The notes under the pieces were generated by a model. It was not told where the DNA came from. It did no database searches and saw nothing but the letters and a program-made list of their open reading frames with translations. Positions 44,630 to 59,600 of a stretch of 64,000 nucleotides of DNA are shown here, one piece after another (positions within the stretch are counted from its first letter, which is position 1; each line of letters opens with the position of its first letter). The position numbers and the translations under genes were made by a program. The stretch comes from Candidatus Caccovivens sp. (GTDB lineage Bacteria > Bacillota > Clostridia > Christensenellales > UBA1242), in the NCBI GenBank assembly GCA_045650745.1, contig JAZRRN010000048.1, positions 5,896 through 69,895 on the forward strand. The letters run 5' to 3'.

Positions 44630-47600
44630 TTATGAATGGTATTCACTTGGGACTTCAAAGCTTCGTGTCATATTGATATAGTTACCGGTTGACCAAACAG
44701 TTTTTGCTCCACCACCTTCCCAGTAGAACCAAGCAGGTTGAAGAACAAATCCGGCAGTTGCCTTACCATCAATATACAAATAAACTTTTGTTTCGTCGCC
44801 AACTGAGCCAGAAGCATCTACTTCAGCTTCAGCATTGTCCCACCACCAGTCAACACCGTTTTGAACGAAGGTAAATTGTTCCCATACCCACCAAACAAAT
44901 TTTGTCTTGTTGTGTGGGAACAAGTGTCCAGTTGCATCTCCGACTTTTGAAGCTGTGTTTGCATGGTGAAGTCCATGCTTAACGGCTGCACCAAATGTTG
45001 TGCCGTATCCATTGCCTTCTGCCCATGTGCCACTTGATGGAATCTTAGAGCTGTCATTGTTTGAAGCAGCATAATAATAGTTTGATGCGCCTGGATCGAT
45101 ATATCCAAATCCACCAGAACCTGACAAACCTGCATATACCTTTGTGCGTGGAGTTGGCGCTTCAAGTGCTGTGGCAGAACCTGTGCTTCCGTTTGAGCCA
45201 TTTGTTCCACCTGCACCAGCAGAACCACCATCTCTGATAGCAATGCTTGATGTGTTGTCAATATAACCATTGACGCCACTTCCGCCATAACCAGCAAATC
45301 CACCTTTTCCAGCTCTTGCAATTGATGTTGATTGAGATGCACCAACATCAACCGAACCTCCATTGCCTCCATTTTTTCCTGTTTGACCATTTCTTTCAGA
45401 ACTGTCTACAGAAATCTTTCCTTCAATACCATTTTTTGCACTGCCAGCATCACCTGCGATGAGCAAGTTTTTTGCAGTGTATGTTTCTTCTGCAGCGAGC
45501 GCAACATTGTCAATAAGTTTTGTTGTTACGCTGTCGCCAGCATCAATTGTTGATTTAAATTCGGCAGACAAACCAGAAACTGCAACATTTGATTTAAGTC
45601 CTTTGTATGTCAACTTATCGCTTCCACTTACTGCACCAACAGTGATGCCAATGTCGTGTTTAGCGTTTCTGATATTTCCATACAACGAAACATTATCCAA
45701 AGTTGTCACTGCCGAACCTTGTCCACTAAGAAGCAAATAGAATTCTGGTCTACTGTTGTTGATTCTGCTTCTAAGTGAAGAAGATCCAACAACGATAAGA
45801 TTTTCGATGTTTCTATTGTTTGTGTCAAACAAACTGCTTTGTTCGCTGTTCGAACTAAACGCAATAATCTTGTTTTGTCCGATAATTTCAAAGATGTTTG
45901 TTGTCGAAATGTTTCCATCAATGTAAACATTGTTTGCCAACATCATCTTGTTGAAGACTTCTCTCTCTTCTCCAGAAGATGCACATGAAATTGTTGTATT
46001 TTTTGTGTATGTTGCATCGTAAGAATACAAATAAATTGTTTCGTTGATTCCAGAGTGATCAATTCTTCCTGTGCTTGACGATTTGATATCATTAGAAGTT
46101 GTGTTCTTGTGATATTTGAATGAATTTGGCACAAGGAGATGTCCTGAAGCCAAGTTGAGTTGGAATGTCTTTGAATGTCCAGCAACAAGGTTTTGAGTTG
46201 TTGATCTGCCTGCACTCTCTTCTCTAAGTTGATCAAACTTCATTTGCAAGAAACCATAATCTATCTTGTATCTAACCAAATTTAAAGAATCGGCAGACCA
46301 GCCACCTACGACAAGTTCGACAGGAATTTCTGCTTCTGTGCCTTGACTTTCCATGCTTTCAAACTTGCTTGCATTGAAACTTCCACTTGTTGCATTCTTA
46401 TAGTTTTCTTTCCAGTTGCAAGCTGCATATGCATTCACCCCATCAGTTGATACACTGTTTGCATGGACTGTATACATTGTCTTTCCATCTGTAATAAACA
46501 TTACGGATTTTTTGAGTTTTTTCTCATCATGCTCAACTTCTTCACCTTCGGATGAATTAACAGCGTTATACATGTAAGCAATTGAGATAACACCATTTTC
46601 GTAAATACGATATTCATATTCGTATTGAGTCATTGCGTAAGCAACATCTCTTGTGTATCTTGAAGTTGTTGCAACAAACTTTTTGCCATTGATCCAATCG
46701 TCGATGCTGTTTGATGGGGTTGAAATGTCAGACTCCTCAGTTCCATAAGCAACTGTAAATCCCTTAATGAGATCTTCTTCACCATCATCGTTCAATTCTA
46801 CCCAATTCATTCGAATTACTGTGTCAGTAGGACCCAATTTGTCAACGCCAGCCTTCCAAGATCCTCCCATGGTTGTCTTGATGTAAGTGATTTCAAACTT
46901 GTCGCCATCAGCAACATCATTGAATGTGTATTTGTGTGGCGTTGCATCTCTGTCATAGTATGTTTGAACATAATCTTTTGTTGCATTTGCAGAAGATTTT
47001 TGGGTAATTGTAAATCCAAGAGCTTCTTCGTTTGATGCTGTGATTTCTGTTCTTCTTGTCAAATCAAGAGTGATTTGAACAAGTTTTGTTGATGACAAAC
47101 CAAACTTAGCGCCACTGCTAATAACATTGACTTTTGCGCCATTTGACATTGCATCCAAACTTACGCTTGTGCTTGTGTATTGAACATTTGAGATCTTTCC
47201 AGCAGCTGCTGTAACAGTAACATATCCACCAGAAATGTTTGTTGTTGTTGCAACTGTTGCAAAGTCATCAATCTTAAATCCATCTTTTACTTGAGAATCT
47301 TTTACTTCCATATTAGATCCAAGAAGGTTTGTAGATTTGTTTTGATTCCAGTCAGCAACAGCATAAACAATGAATGCACCATTTATATCATTGATAAATT
47401 GTGTTTTCGCTGCCGAAGGTGCGCTGTTAATTTGAACACCAGTTGAATTGAAAGTAATAATTCCTGGAGTCACATATGTGCTAGTAATTGATGGGGAGCA
47501 AGTAACCAAACCACCTTGAATTGTAAAGTAGTGATTATCGTCCCAACCAAATGCAAAGTTTTCACTTGTGACACCAAATTCTGTTTTCAAATTTGCCCAA

Positions 47601-50600
47601 GAATTGATGATTGTTTCAATTTGCTTACCTGCACTTGAAACTCTTTCTTCTTTGTAGTTTGCAAAGTTTGCTACATACCCTGTAACACTGAAATCATCAT
47701 AAACTGTTTTTTCTGCATTTGCTCTGATTTCTGCACTTACATTGACTTGGGTTTTCCAATTTTCTTTGTAAGCAAGTTTAAGTTTCTTTCCATTGAATCT
47801 GTTTGCAATTTGCATATCATCGCCCAATTGAGAACTAAATTCAAGATAAGCAACATTAGAGTGTCCATTAAGAGTTCCGGTTGTATATTTCAAAGCATAA
47901 TTTGAAAGAGTTTGAACTGGAGTTTCAATTGTTGCAACAAGATCTGTAAACCACTTTGTGCCTGTGCCAATCGAGTCAGTTGACTCTCCATTTGTCACAT
48001 ATTTGTTGTAAGTATCAACAAAACTCTTTGTGATCATAACATTGTTGTCAAAGTTTTCTTTGAGCAAGATGTATGTCTTTCCACCTTGGTTGAACACGTT
48101 GTTTTCGCCAAGAGTAACAGTTCCACCTGTCTTTGAATAACTCAACGATGCTTCAATGTTGAATGATGTAACTTCTGACATAAAGCATACTGTATATTTT
48201 GCAGTAACATTTTTGCCAGATTTTGTAAATCCATTGAAGATGTTTCTTGAATACAATGCTGTGTTTGGATTTACACTTGTCACTCTGTTGAATGTGACTG
48301 CAAAGTTTGAATATTTGTCAACAGTCTCGTCCAAAGTGAATGTAACTTCTGCATCATATTTATATCCGTTGTACATTGCATCAACTTGATTTGCATTTGA
48401 AACGATGTTGATCTTTTCTCCTGCAACAGTGATTGTCTTTTCAGCCTCAAGAGACTTGATTGTTTTTTCAATTTCAGCAACTTTTTCAGTAATATAAGCA
48501 TCATTTTCTTGCTTATTTCCTGCATCATCAGTTCTGTTTGTAGGCTTTAAGAATGAAGTTGATGTGTAAGCTTGCACTTTATCGCTTCTCTTTGCGCACA
48601 AAGCAGCAAGTCCCATATATGGGTTTTCTGCATAAGTATAAGATCCATTTGCAGTTTCGTTGATTGTGTAAAGCACATCATCATAAGACATAAACTCAGC
48701 TTCTGCAAAGTATTTCACACTTCCCGAACCAGGCATTGTGTAATCTTCATTTGTGAAGTCAAAATCTGTTCCCTTTGTATATTCAACCCAAATTCTTTGT
48801 CCAAATGAGAATGTTTCTTTTCCAGTAAGAAATCCACCAGAATAAGAATATCTTCCTTTAAGATGCCATTCGTTTTCAGAATATGTTGGAGTTGCAGCAA
48901 CTTTGATGTCGTTTGAGTTTTGGTCGCCTTCGCTTGCATATTTTCTTTGAACAGCATCAATACCATAGATTCTTGTTGGGAATCCAAATGAGTCAGTTCC
49001 GTTGATACGATATGTTGTATCGCCAGTGCCCTTGTCTGTGCTTGCAAAGTTGTATTTATCAAATTTGCCCCAGAATCTCTTTGACGATGTTGCATCCAAC
49101 ATTTGTTGTCTGTCAAATGTCATTGTCGCAGAAACTTTGTATTCACCAATATTTCCATCATTCTTAACATTGTCTGTTGAACTTGATGTGTTTGTAATTA
49201 AATTAGCAGACTCTGATGTCCAACCAATACCATAAGCATAAACTTGTCTTTGTTTGCCAGGGTTGTAAGTCAATTCGTATGCGACCGAGTAATCTCCTGG
49301 TGTGTTTGTGTAAGCTTGATTTGGTGTGCCAGAAGTTGTGGCAGAGATTGAATAGTTGTCTGTGTTAGATCCATCAGGTCTCTTGCCCAATGCTTGAACA
49401 GCACCATCATTTGCACAACCAGTAACCTTGATGCCATCAGCATAACCAAAGATACCACCAGCAACATTCAAACCTTCTGACTTATAGTTTCCTGCGCCAA
49501 CAAATCCTGTGTTGTAACATTCTGTCAAACCATAAGTATTTGCACCAGAAGCAGATTTTCCAACAATACCACCAGCATAAGCAGCAGAAGTTGTATTTCT
49601 GTCTTCTGTATAGTTTGCAACAACCATACCTGTGTTGTATGTTTTGTTGATGTTTGAAACAGCAGCACGACTTCCTGCAATACCACCGGCATCAACTTCG
49701 ATGTTGTTGTGTGTCACAGCAACAACTGCGCCTGCGCTGCTTGAATTTGTAATTTCACCATTTTGCAATGCACCAACAAGACCGCCGACTGCACCACCTC
49801 TTGCAGTTACATTTACGGCAGATCTAACCTTGCTGATTTTTGCAGAGGCAGAGTCGATAACACCAACCACACCACCATAAGCAGCTGCAACATCGTCCTT
49901 TGTTGAAGTAAGACTTCCAACAACAGAAACATTTTCAAGCAAACCATTCAATTTGTTTGCAACAGTTCCTGCCATTGTGCCACTTGCAGTTACATTGATA
50001 TTTGCAATGTGAATATTTGACAATGTTCCATAGAACTCAGCAAAAATACCATTACTCATACCAGATGTCACATTTGTGTAATCCAATGTCTTGTTGTTTC
50101 CATCAAGAGCAAACGCAAATGAGCTTGAGCTCTTGTTGAGAACTGTAATGTTTGACTTTGAAGAAGCCAATTGACTTGCATCAATGTCATATCTAAGAAT
50201 AAATTTGTAGTTGTAAGTGTATGATGAGCCTGTTGTCACAGTTGCAATCATTTCGTCATATTTTGCCGCATTTGGAATTTGCATATACCATGTGCCAATA
50301 CCTGATCCTGTAGGCAAAGTGCAACTATTGTTGAAGAACCCTGTAACAATTTCATCAACACTCAAAACTTGATAACCAACACCTTCAACAGTAATGTCGT
50401 TTCCGTCATCATCTATTGTAGGTATTTCGATTGTTGTTTGTTTGTAAGTTGTGACATTTTTCAAGAAGTCAAATCCATGCACGCCATATCCATAGTTTAC
50501 AAATGGAGAGAAGTACCATGCATATTGAGTTTCTGGAGCAGTGTCACTTGGGTTGAGTGAGAACACTCTCTTTCCGTTTTCCAAATCTGCAAATGTCAAC

Positions 50601-53600
50601 GAAGCTGTTTCAGTTGAAACTGTTCCATCAGCGTTTGCACCTGTGTTTGTAGATTGTGTGCCTGAAGAGTAGTTCAAAACATTTTTGATTCTGCTTGCAA
50701 TAGTGTTTGCTCCGTCTGAAGTTCTCAAGAAGAAATCTCCAACAGTCGAACTCTTTGCAGCGTTTCCATTTCTCAAAATTTGAGAGATTGAATAAGAATC
50801 CAAAATGTAGTTCTTTTGAGTTGCAGCATATCCATTTACATTTGCAAATGTATAGATGTCAACTGCAGTGTAAGTTTCAATTCTACCTGAAGAGTAAACA
50901 TTTCTTGTAAATGTGTATCCCGTCATGTAAGTTGTAATTCCGGCAGCATGTCCATTTGCTGCAGCACGATATGTCATGTCAACATCTTGATAACATTCAA
51001 TAATCGCACCAGATTCTGTAAGCCCTGAAATACCACCAAGGATCAATTGAGTTGTTCCACCAACTGACAATTCGCCCTTCACACCAACAGCGTAGAGGAT
51101 TGCGTTGCCTTCCATCTTTCCAACAACACCACCATAAACACCTCTTTGTGCAGTTGTTGCACCTGCGTGTTTGTTGATGTCTGCCTCTCTTATCTTAAGG
51201 TTTGCAACAAAACCAGAAATTACGCTGAATGACAATTCTTCGCCATTTCCCATTTTGTGAGCAAGACCACCTTTGATAGCCATTGTGTTTGCGCCGTTGT
51301 CTGCAACACTAACTCTTTCGTCGTCAGTTCTTGTAAATGTTGTTCCGTTTCCAACAACAACCATGTTGTCAAGATTGTCTGCGATAACATCACCAACATT
51401 AAGATCTTCCTTAACAACCACCCACGCAACATTGTTGAAGTGGTTGTCCATCTTTCCGTTTCCATCAAAATCCTTGCCATCAGCAGAAATCTTTCCGTTG
51501 AAGGTTTTTGGATTCAATTTGTGCCCCATAACAAGTTTGTCTCTGTCAATGTTAAACACAGCCAATGAATCAAAGATGTCATATGCACCGGCTGCAATTG
51601 CTGCAGCATCTTTCTTCATTTCGCCGATGGAATATCCTTTATACAATCCGTCAACACCATATCCCCTATCTTCAACACCAGCAATCTTATCAGCTTCGTC
51701 TTCATAACAAAGTGTAACTTGTGATGAATATTTGTTTTCTGCATAAGCCACTGTGCCTTCTTGCAAAGCCACAAATGGGCCAATGTTGATAAGGTGATTT
51801 GCTTCTGTTGTATTTGATGGTCTTGCATTGAAGTTTGTCATCAATGAAACACAACTTGAAATTGTCATATCAACTGTTCTTGCAACAATACCACCAAAGT
51901 AATATGACTTCAATGCCTTGTCTGTGTTTGCTGGATAGTTTACAAACACATCTCCGTAAGAGAGGCAGTTTTCAACGATAACTGTCTTTCCAGCTGTTGT
52001 AGCTGCACTTGAGCCAATTTTTGTAAACGCACCAATAATACCACCAACATTGACATCTGCTTTGTCAAATGTATTGTAAACTTTCAATGCGTTTCCGGTG
52101 ATTGCATTTGCAATTTTTATATCTCTGGTAGCTGAAACTTCACTGTATGCAATGTTTCCAACAAGGCCACCATAGTTGAGGGTTCCGTCAACATTTGAAA
52201 CCAAAGTTCCTTCATATTTGTAGTATTGTCCGTTGATTGCTGATGTTTGCATTGTAATATTGCCGGCAGTTTCAGTAATCAAACCAATCATACCACCAAT
52301 GTTGGCAACTGCTTGTCCATCACCTGCTTTAATAGAAATGTCGATATCATTTGTACAATTCAAGTTGTCCAATGTTTCGAGTTCTGAGTCAAATCTTCCG
52401 ATAACACCACCAACATTGAGCACGCCTTTGTTTTTACTTGATTGAACATCAATCAAACCATCAACAGAAATCATGCCTGCGATTGTAACTTTTGCTTGTG
52501 TGATATTTCCAAACAAACCACCAACTGCAGGTTGTTCGTTTGAGAACACAACGGGTTTTGTCAAATATGTTTCTTTGTGAGAAGCATATTCTTCTTTTGT
52601 CGCTTGCAAAGAAGTTGCATTTACTTCTGTGTTTGCCAATCTAAAGTTGATGTCAATGTTTGACACAACGATTTGATTTTGACTTGGTGCCAAAACTTGT
52701 CCAGCAAATCCACCAAGTGCAACATTTTCGCCAGCAAACAACAATTGATTATCTGTACCAAACACAGATCCTTCTACAGCAACTCTTGTTGCGCCTGTGC
52801 TTGAAATGTTTGCATCACAGTTGTCAAGTTCACCAAATCCAAGGCCAAGTGCGGCATTTTCAACTTCTTTTGGAAGTTTGATATTGATGCCGATATTTTC
52901 GCCTTGATATGCATCTTCTTCACTTACTGCGATCATTGAGATTGCATCTGCAAATTTTGTTTTTGCAGCATAACCACCAACATACAAGTTGTCTGGCAAG
53001 AAACTTGCGTCACCTTTTACGATTGACAACTGAACATTGTTGAGAGGTTCAAGTTCCAAAGTCAATTTAGCATTGTCTGAAGAAACTTTTGTAATAAGAC
53101 CAGCATAAACTCCCACATAAGCAGAAGCTTGAATTTCATCTCCAAAGCCTTCTTTTCTGCTGTAACTCATATTAAACTTGATTTCATATCTCTCTTCGTC
53201 ACTTGTGTGGCTTTCACGAGTAAACTTGATTGATGAAACAAGCATAGGGATATAAGTTTGATTTTGTTCAATAATTCCAGCGAGCAAACCAATGTAAGCT
53301 GCTTCGTTGTTTTCAAGTACTGTGTTTTCGTATTTGAAGTTTACACCATTTTCGATGTCTTCTCTAGCTCTAGCTACAAATTCAATGCCAGAGAATGATG
53401 TTGATTCGGCAATCTTTCCAACTACCAAACCAGCCATCTTGCTCACATTTTCAGAAGTGTAGTTTAAAGCAGCACTCTTTGATGCTTCGAGATAAACTTC
53501 ATAGTTGAGCACAAATCTAACATCTTCAAATGATGATGTAATTGCATCTTCTTCAATTATGCTGTATTTGATTTCGTTTGTTTTTGTAAGGTCATCACCT

Positions 53601-56600
53601 TCAAAGTTGATAGTGCCTGCCATATAGAAATTCAAATCTCTGATTGTGGCAGAAGAGAGTTTCTTAAACATACTTGAGTGCAAAATGACACCAACTTTGT
53701 CGCCAACTCGTCCACCATCTGAAACCTCACCAGTAACATATCCCAAGTCAGTTGCGTTTGCATATTTTGCATAAGAAACCAATGTTCCAGCAAATTCAAC
53801 ATTAAGGAATCTGTTGAGAAGTTCTCTGCTTACGCCAGTTTCACCACCCCATGTCACTTCAACATCTTGACATGACATGTTGTTTTCGTCGTTGTTAAGT
53901 TTTCCTCTGACAACAACTGTGATTGATGGATTTTCAATAACTGAAGCCATAACTTCTGCTGTGTTGAAATAATCCCAGAAAATGATTGATGTTTTAGGGA
54001 ACAATTCGATTGTTGGGAACAATCTATCCATTTCGTGATCCCAGAATTCGTCAGCCCAACCGTTTGGAACAAAGTATCTTGACAAAACAGCATATGCTTG
54101 TGACATTGTTGCCATTGAAGACTTATCACTGATTGAAGTTGCATTCAAGCAAGATCTTTCTTTGACTTGAGCTTCAAATCCAAATGGATTGATTGTGTAA
54201 TTTGTTGCACCAACCCAAACATTTGAATATCCACCTACTGACAAAGCACCAGAAATTTCTGATGTTTGTGTTCCGTCTCCAACATTGTATGCACAATCTT
54301 CGGCATCAATAAGATACAAGTTGTATCTGCCTTTAAGATTTGTTGTTTGAGCAACAATCTTTCTGTCAGATCCATCTGTCTTATATCCATAAACGCCACC
54401 AACAAGCATAAAGTGTTTGTCACTGGTTGAAGTCACCTCGCCATCGCCAAGCAACTTGCCGTTTTGATGTGCATAATAGTTTGTTGCCATAACATTTTTC
54501 AACGCTACTGTGCTGACATAAGTAAATGCATCTGCCGCACTGACAAATTCAGTTGCTTCCAAAGCACCAACCAAACCAGCTGCAACGCCAGATCCGTTTA
54601 CAACAGCAACATCGCCTGATGCGTAAACATCGTTGAGCAAAATGTTTGTTTTTGGAGTGTTGTTGATAAACATCAAGTCAAATTGATTTGCAACAACACC
54701 TGCATAACCAACGATACCACCAACTGCCAATGTTTCTGTTGAGTAAGAAACAACATTGAGTCTGTTGTATCCAACATAGATGTATCCACCACCCATATAA
54801 CCAACCAAACCACCAACAAACAATGGGTTTGATTGTCTTGATTCGTAATGTTTGTCTGCTTCTGTGTAAGAGAAAATTGACATTTGTCCTCTTTCAACAT
54901 CTGCAGATCCGTTGTAGTAAGCATTTTCATTTGCTTCAATGTCAGCTTGCAATTGTGATGTATAGCTTGCATAAACAGCAAACAAACCACCATAACTTTC
55001 ACCGATCAAACCACCGGCATACAAGTTTTTAGCCGCAATGTAAGAAGCAGATTTTGATTCTACTGCAGTTTCTGGTGCTTCCAATTCGATGTTTGCATCA
55101 TAAACAGCAGTTGATTCGCCAACATAACCAAAGAGACCTCCGGCCACGCTCGCATAAATGTCGACTGAGTTTTTAACTCTGATAGTAACAACATTAAATT
55201 GTGTAACATCGATATCTGTTGAGAATTTTGCAGGTTCGCTGTTGAGCGTACGATAAATGTCAACATAACCAGCAACACCACCAGCATAAGAAATGTTTGA
55301 AACTTTGTCTGTCAAAATGTTTTTACTTTCAACAGCATTTCTCAAATCTTTGCCTACAAATGCTCTGTTTGTTTCAATTGTTCCGTTTACTTTGTTTGTA
55401 GCTTCAACAACAATGTTTGTAAGTGTAATATCACTCAATCTGCTGTCGCCGAAAAGCATACCAACAACACCACCAACAACATTTCTGCCTTGGATTGCTG
55501 TTGCACCTGTCGAATCTTTTGTTTCAACAGGTTGAACATTGATTGACAAAATTCTTGAGTCAATTGCAGTTCCTGCCAAAGCACCAACAATGCTTGCTTT
55601 TGCGTTGTGGATTGAGTTTACTGTCAAATCCATATTCACAACAATAGCACCATCAAACTTGGCAAACAAACCATAGTTTTCGCACGCTTCGTTGCTACCC
55701 AAATTGATGTTTGAAATCTTAAATCCGTTTCCGTCCAACAAACCAGTAAATGTCTTCTTTGTTGTTGTCAACTTGATTGAAGATTCGCCTTCTGCGTTTT
55801 GATCAATGTTGTCCATATCGAGGTCGAACACAATTCTATAATGTCCGTCAACACTGTCATCATCATAATATTCTTTATAAGAAGAAATTTCTTTTGCTGT
55901 AGCTTTTCCTGTTGCTTGAGCAAATTCTTGTTCGCTTCTAATAATAATTGGGTTGTTTTCACTTCCATAAGCAAGGTTTTTCATTGTGTAATCTGAAAGA
56001 TCCATAATGCTCTTGTTGTAGAAGATAGAGATGTCATCTCCATTTGTCACAGCATATCTGCTTGACATTGCAATTTGATTTGCACTAACCAAAGAAACAC
56101 CACCATCTGTCATTTCCCAAATGCCGTCATAAGCACCTTCTTGAGAAGAGAAACTGAATCCGTAGAATGTTTCTTGTTCGTCATATTCGTTGATACCCAA
56201 AGCACCCTTAACAAGTTTTGATTGAATTGTAGTGTCTGAGCTTGAGTTGTTGTAATAGTAAGAAAGTGAAATTTCACCTTGATTCAAAGATTCTGATCTT
56301 TCTGCACCAGAGAATGGCATTTCGTTGATGTCTGTTGTCGAAATTTCGCAAGCAGAATAACACAATGTCACAGTTGCTTCTGGGCCGTTTTTGTAAACAA
56401 AACCAGCAACTGATGCAGCCTTTACTTCGTCGTGTTCGATTGCAATGTTTGCATATGAGTTTTTAACAAGTTTTGCGTTGTCATAAACAAATCCGGCAAT
56501 TGTTCCGATCGCAGTGATCTTTGATCCATTGTTGTAAACATCTTTACCGTTTGGTGTAAGTTCTCCAGCAACCCCTTCAACATAACTGCCTTGAATGCTG

Positions 56601-59600
56601 TTTGTGTTATACAAAGCAAATCCAGCTGTCAATGATTGAACTGATTGCATATAGTTCAAAATTTCAATCTTCTTTGCAAATGATGCACTGATATATCCTG
56701 TGTTTGTGTGGACAAAACCAGCAACTTCACCTTGCGCTCTGATCGTAAATTTGTCAAGAGGAGTTGTTGTAATGTAGTTTGTTCCGTTTGTCACAATAAC
56801 ATGACTATATTCGTTTCCACCAACACGAGAGTTTGTGATTGATGAAGCGTTTTCGATAACAAAACCAGCAACTCTGCTTGTCACACCACTAGAGCTTGTA
56901 AGGTAAGAGTCATCTGCATTTGTGCCAAGTGCATATTTGACTGCCAAACCAAAACTGTTTGACAATGCAGACGATTGATAAGAGTTGTCGTATGATGCCA
57001 CAACTTCGCAGTTGTAGATGATACCATTGTTTATGATTGCAAAACCTGCAATATCAATGGTTTCGTATTGTGTTATATCAACAGAAATTTGTCCACCATT
57101 GTAGATGTTGACTCTAACATTCTTCAAGGTTGTGTTTGCAGTCACTTCTGTAAACAATGCAAGTTGCACCGTGCTGCCCTTTGGCATTGCAAAACTGTTG
57201 ATGTGGATTGTGTAACCATTTCCGTCCAAACTATTTACTTTTGTTGTGTCAAATGGAGTATAGTTTGTCAAAACAATATCTTTCATCAAGATATAGTCAT
57301 CTGCTTCTGCAGAATTTTTCAACAATCTTTCAAATTGTTCTGCAGAAGAAATTTGTGTAGGAAGATCTTCATCTGAATAAACTTCAACCACAATCAAGAA
57401 GTAATATGGGACAACCATTTCAATACCTTGATAGTTTACGGTTGTTTCCAATCTCATAAGTTGAGTTCCACTTTGCTTTCCTGTAACTTGAAGCATTTCC
57501 ATTCCGTTTACATAAGTTGTGGAAATTGTGAAGTATCTGTTGTCAGCAATTCCGTTGTTTGGATTGTAAATTGCTGACCAGCTGTTTTCGTTTGCAGCGT
57601 AAGCGAGTTGTTGCTTGAGAGAAAGTGCATTAAATGCGCCTGTGTGTTCGTCAAAACGGTGATTGATGTAATAACCACAGTTGTCATCTCTAAAGTTGTT
57701 TTGAAGTTTAAATTGATTTCTCTTTGCTGTCAAATCTGCAACAGCTTTATATTCGCTGGCATTTGTCTTGTCGTAGTTGTATTCTTCTGGAGTAAATGGA
57801 TAGTCAAATGTCAAATATTGTGTGTCGTTGAGATATGTGCGATAAACATCATAAACTCTTCCGTTGTATGCCATTGTAGAACCACTGGCAACAACTTTGA
57901 TTTTGTTTGCATCAACAGCAAAGTCAACCAAACAAAGAGTTGCTTTGCTTACTTTTGTTTCAGCAACGCCATTTTCAATTTTTTGCACTGATGCACAAAC
58001 ATAGAAAATACCTGTTGTAGCGCCATCACCAAGCACTGCGTTTACGCCGGCACGGATTTTTGCTCTATAAACTTTGTATTTTGCAGTTGGATCACTCACA
58101 AGTTCTGGAGTAGAAAGTGTGATGTTTGCACCATTGTTTTGCAAATAAACTCCATAAAGGTTTTGATCTGCACCAAGTGTCACTTCAACATAAACAGACT
58201 CGCCTTTTGCAAGCATATATGTTGTTTGACCTTCATCTTCAAGATCACCCTTTACAACAATGTCAGCATCTGGCATATAAGCCACAGACATTGTTGAAGT
58301 TCCTGTCTTGAGCACTTGATCTTCATAATAATATGTAAGAGTAAGTGTCAAATCGCTGTCATCAGCAAAAGCACTTGACAAATAAAGTCTAAAGAAAAAT
58401 TCTCCTGTGCCTTGCTTGTCTTCTTCTGTAAGATTTACCAAAATTCCGTTTGTAAGCAAAACTGTGTTTTCAGTATCTGTATAATATCCATACATTTCAT
58501 AACTAAGTTTTGACAAACTTACAGTTCCGACACTCTTTCCTGAAACAGAATATGTCAAAGTAAAGTGTGTCATCTTTGCATAAGCAGGTGTAACATTTAC
58601 TGCCACAATTGCATCAGAAGATGGTTTCAAAACGCTTGTAATAACATCTTCAGGATTGAAATACAAAACAGAGTTTCTAATTCTTCTGCTTGCAATTTTG
58701 TAAGTTGCAATAGAAATTGTGTCAACAGATTGAGTCAACACTCTAACATTGATGCTCTTTCTGTATGTATCATTTTCTTGTTGACTGATTGCATTTACAG
58801 ACAAAACGATGTCTTCATAAGTTTGTTCTACCAAATGCTTGCAGTCATTTTTGATTTTTACCACTACTGCATAAGTCATTGTTTTTGAAGTTGCGCCTTC
58901 TTCAGCAATCTTTGTCCAATAAACTTCCAAAGTCACTTTGCTGTCAAGTTTATATTCAAAAACATTGTCATCAACTTCTTCGCCTTCAACCGAGATTTGA
59001 CCATAAGTCATATCAAACACAAGTCCATCATCAGCATTGTCAGTAACAATTGTCACTTCAAAACTTCCGTGATCTGATGGTTTGATTTCAAGGTCAGAGG
59101 CATCTTCGATGATGAGTGCTGTTGCACCATCATAAACCTTAATCTTATAAGATTTTGCAAGTTCTTCAGCAATTTCTGTTGCATATTCTTCTGCAAGAGC
59201 ATTCATCTTGACATTAGAATTGATATCAATAGAAACATCTTCACTTGCTTTAATACCTTTAAAGATAAGAGAGTTGCTTGTTTTTTGAATTGACAAAAAT
59301 TCTTTTTCAGAATCTTCCAATTCTTCATAAGCGATTGAATAATCAGCTTTGTCAGTTTGCAATTCGTAAGGAACATCTGTTCCGTTGAGATAAACTGCAC
59401 TTGAATAGTTGTAAATCACATTTCTTGTTTTGCCGTTTTGCAACAAGATTGTTTGATTGTTTTTGATTGGATTTCCTTCCAATGTTGTTGAAAGTGTTGG
59501 AAGAACATTTGCAATCACAACATTGAAGTCAAGAGATTGTGTAAAGTCCATTTTTGAGTGAACTGTAAGCACAAATTCGTCCAAGTTTTCTCTAAGCAAT

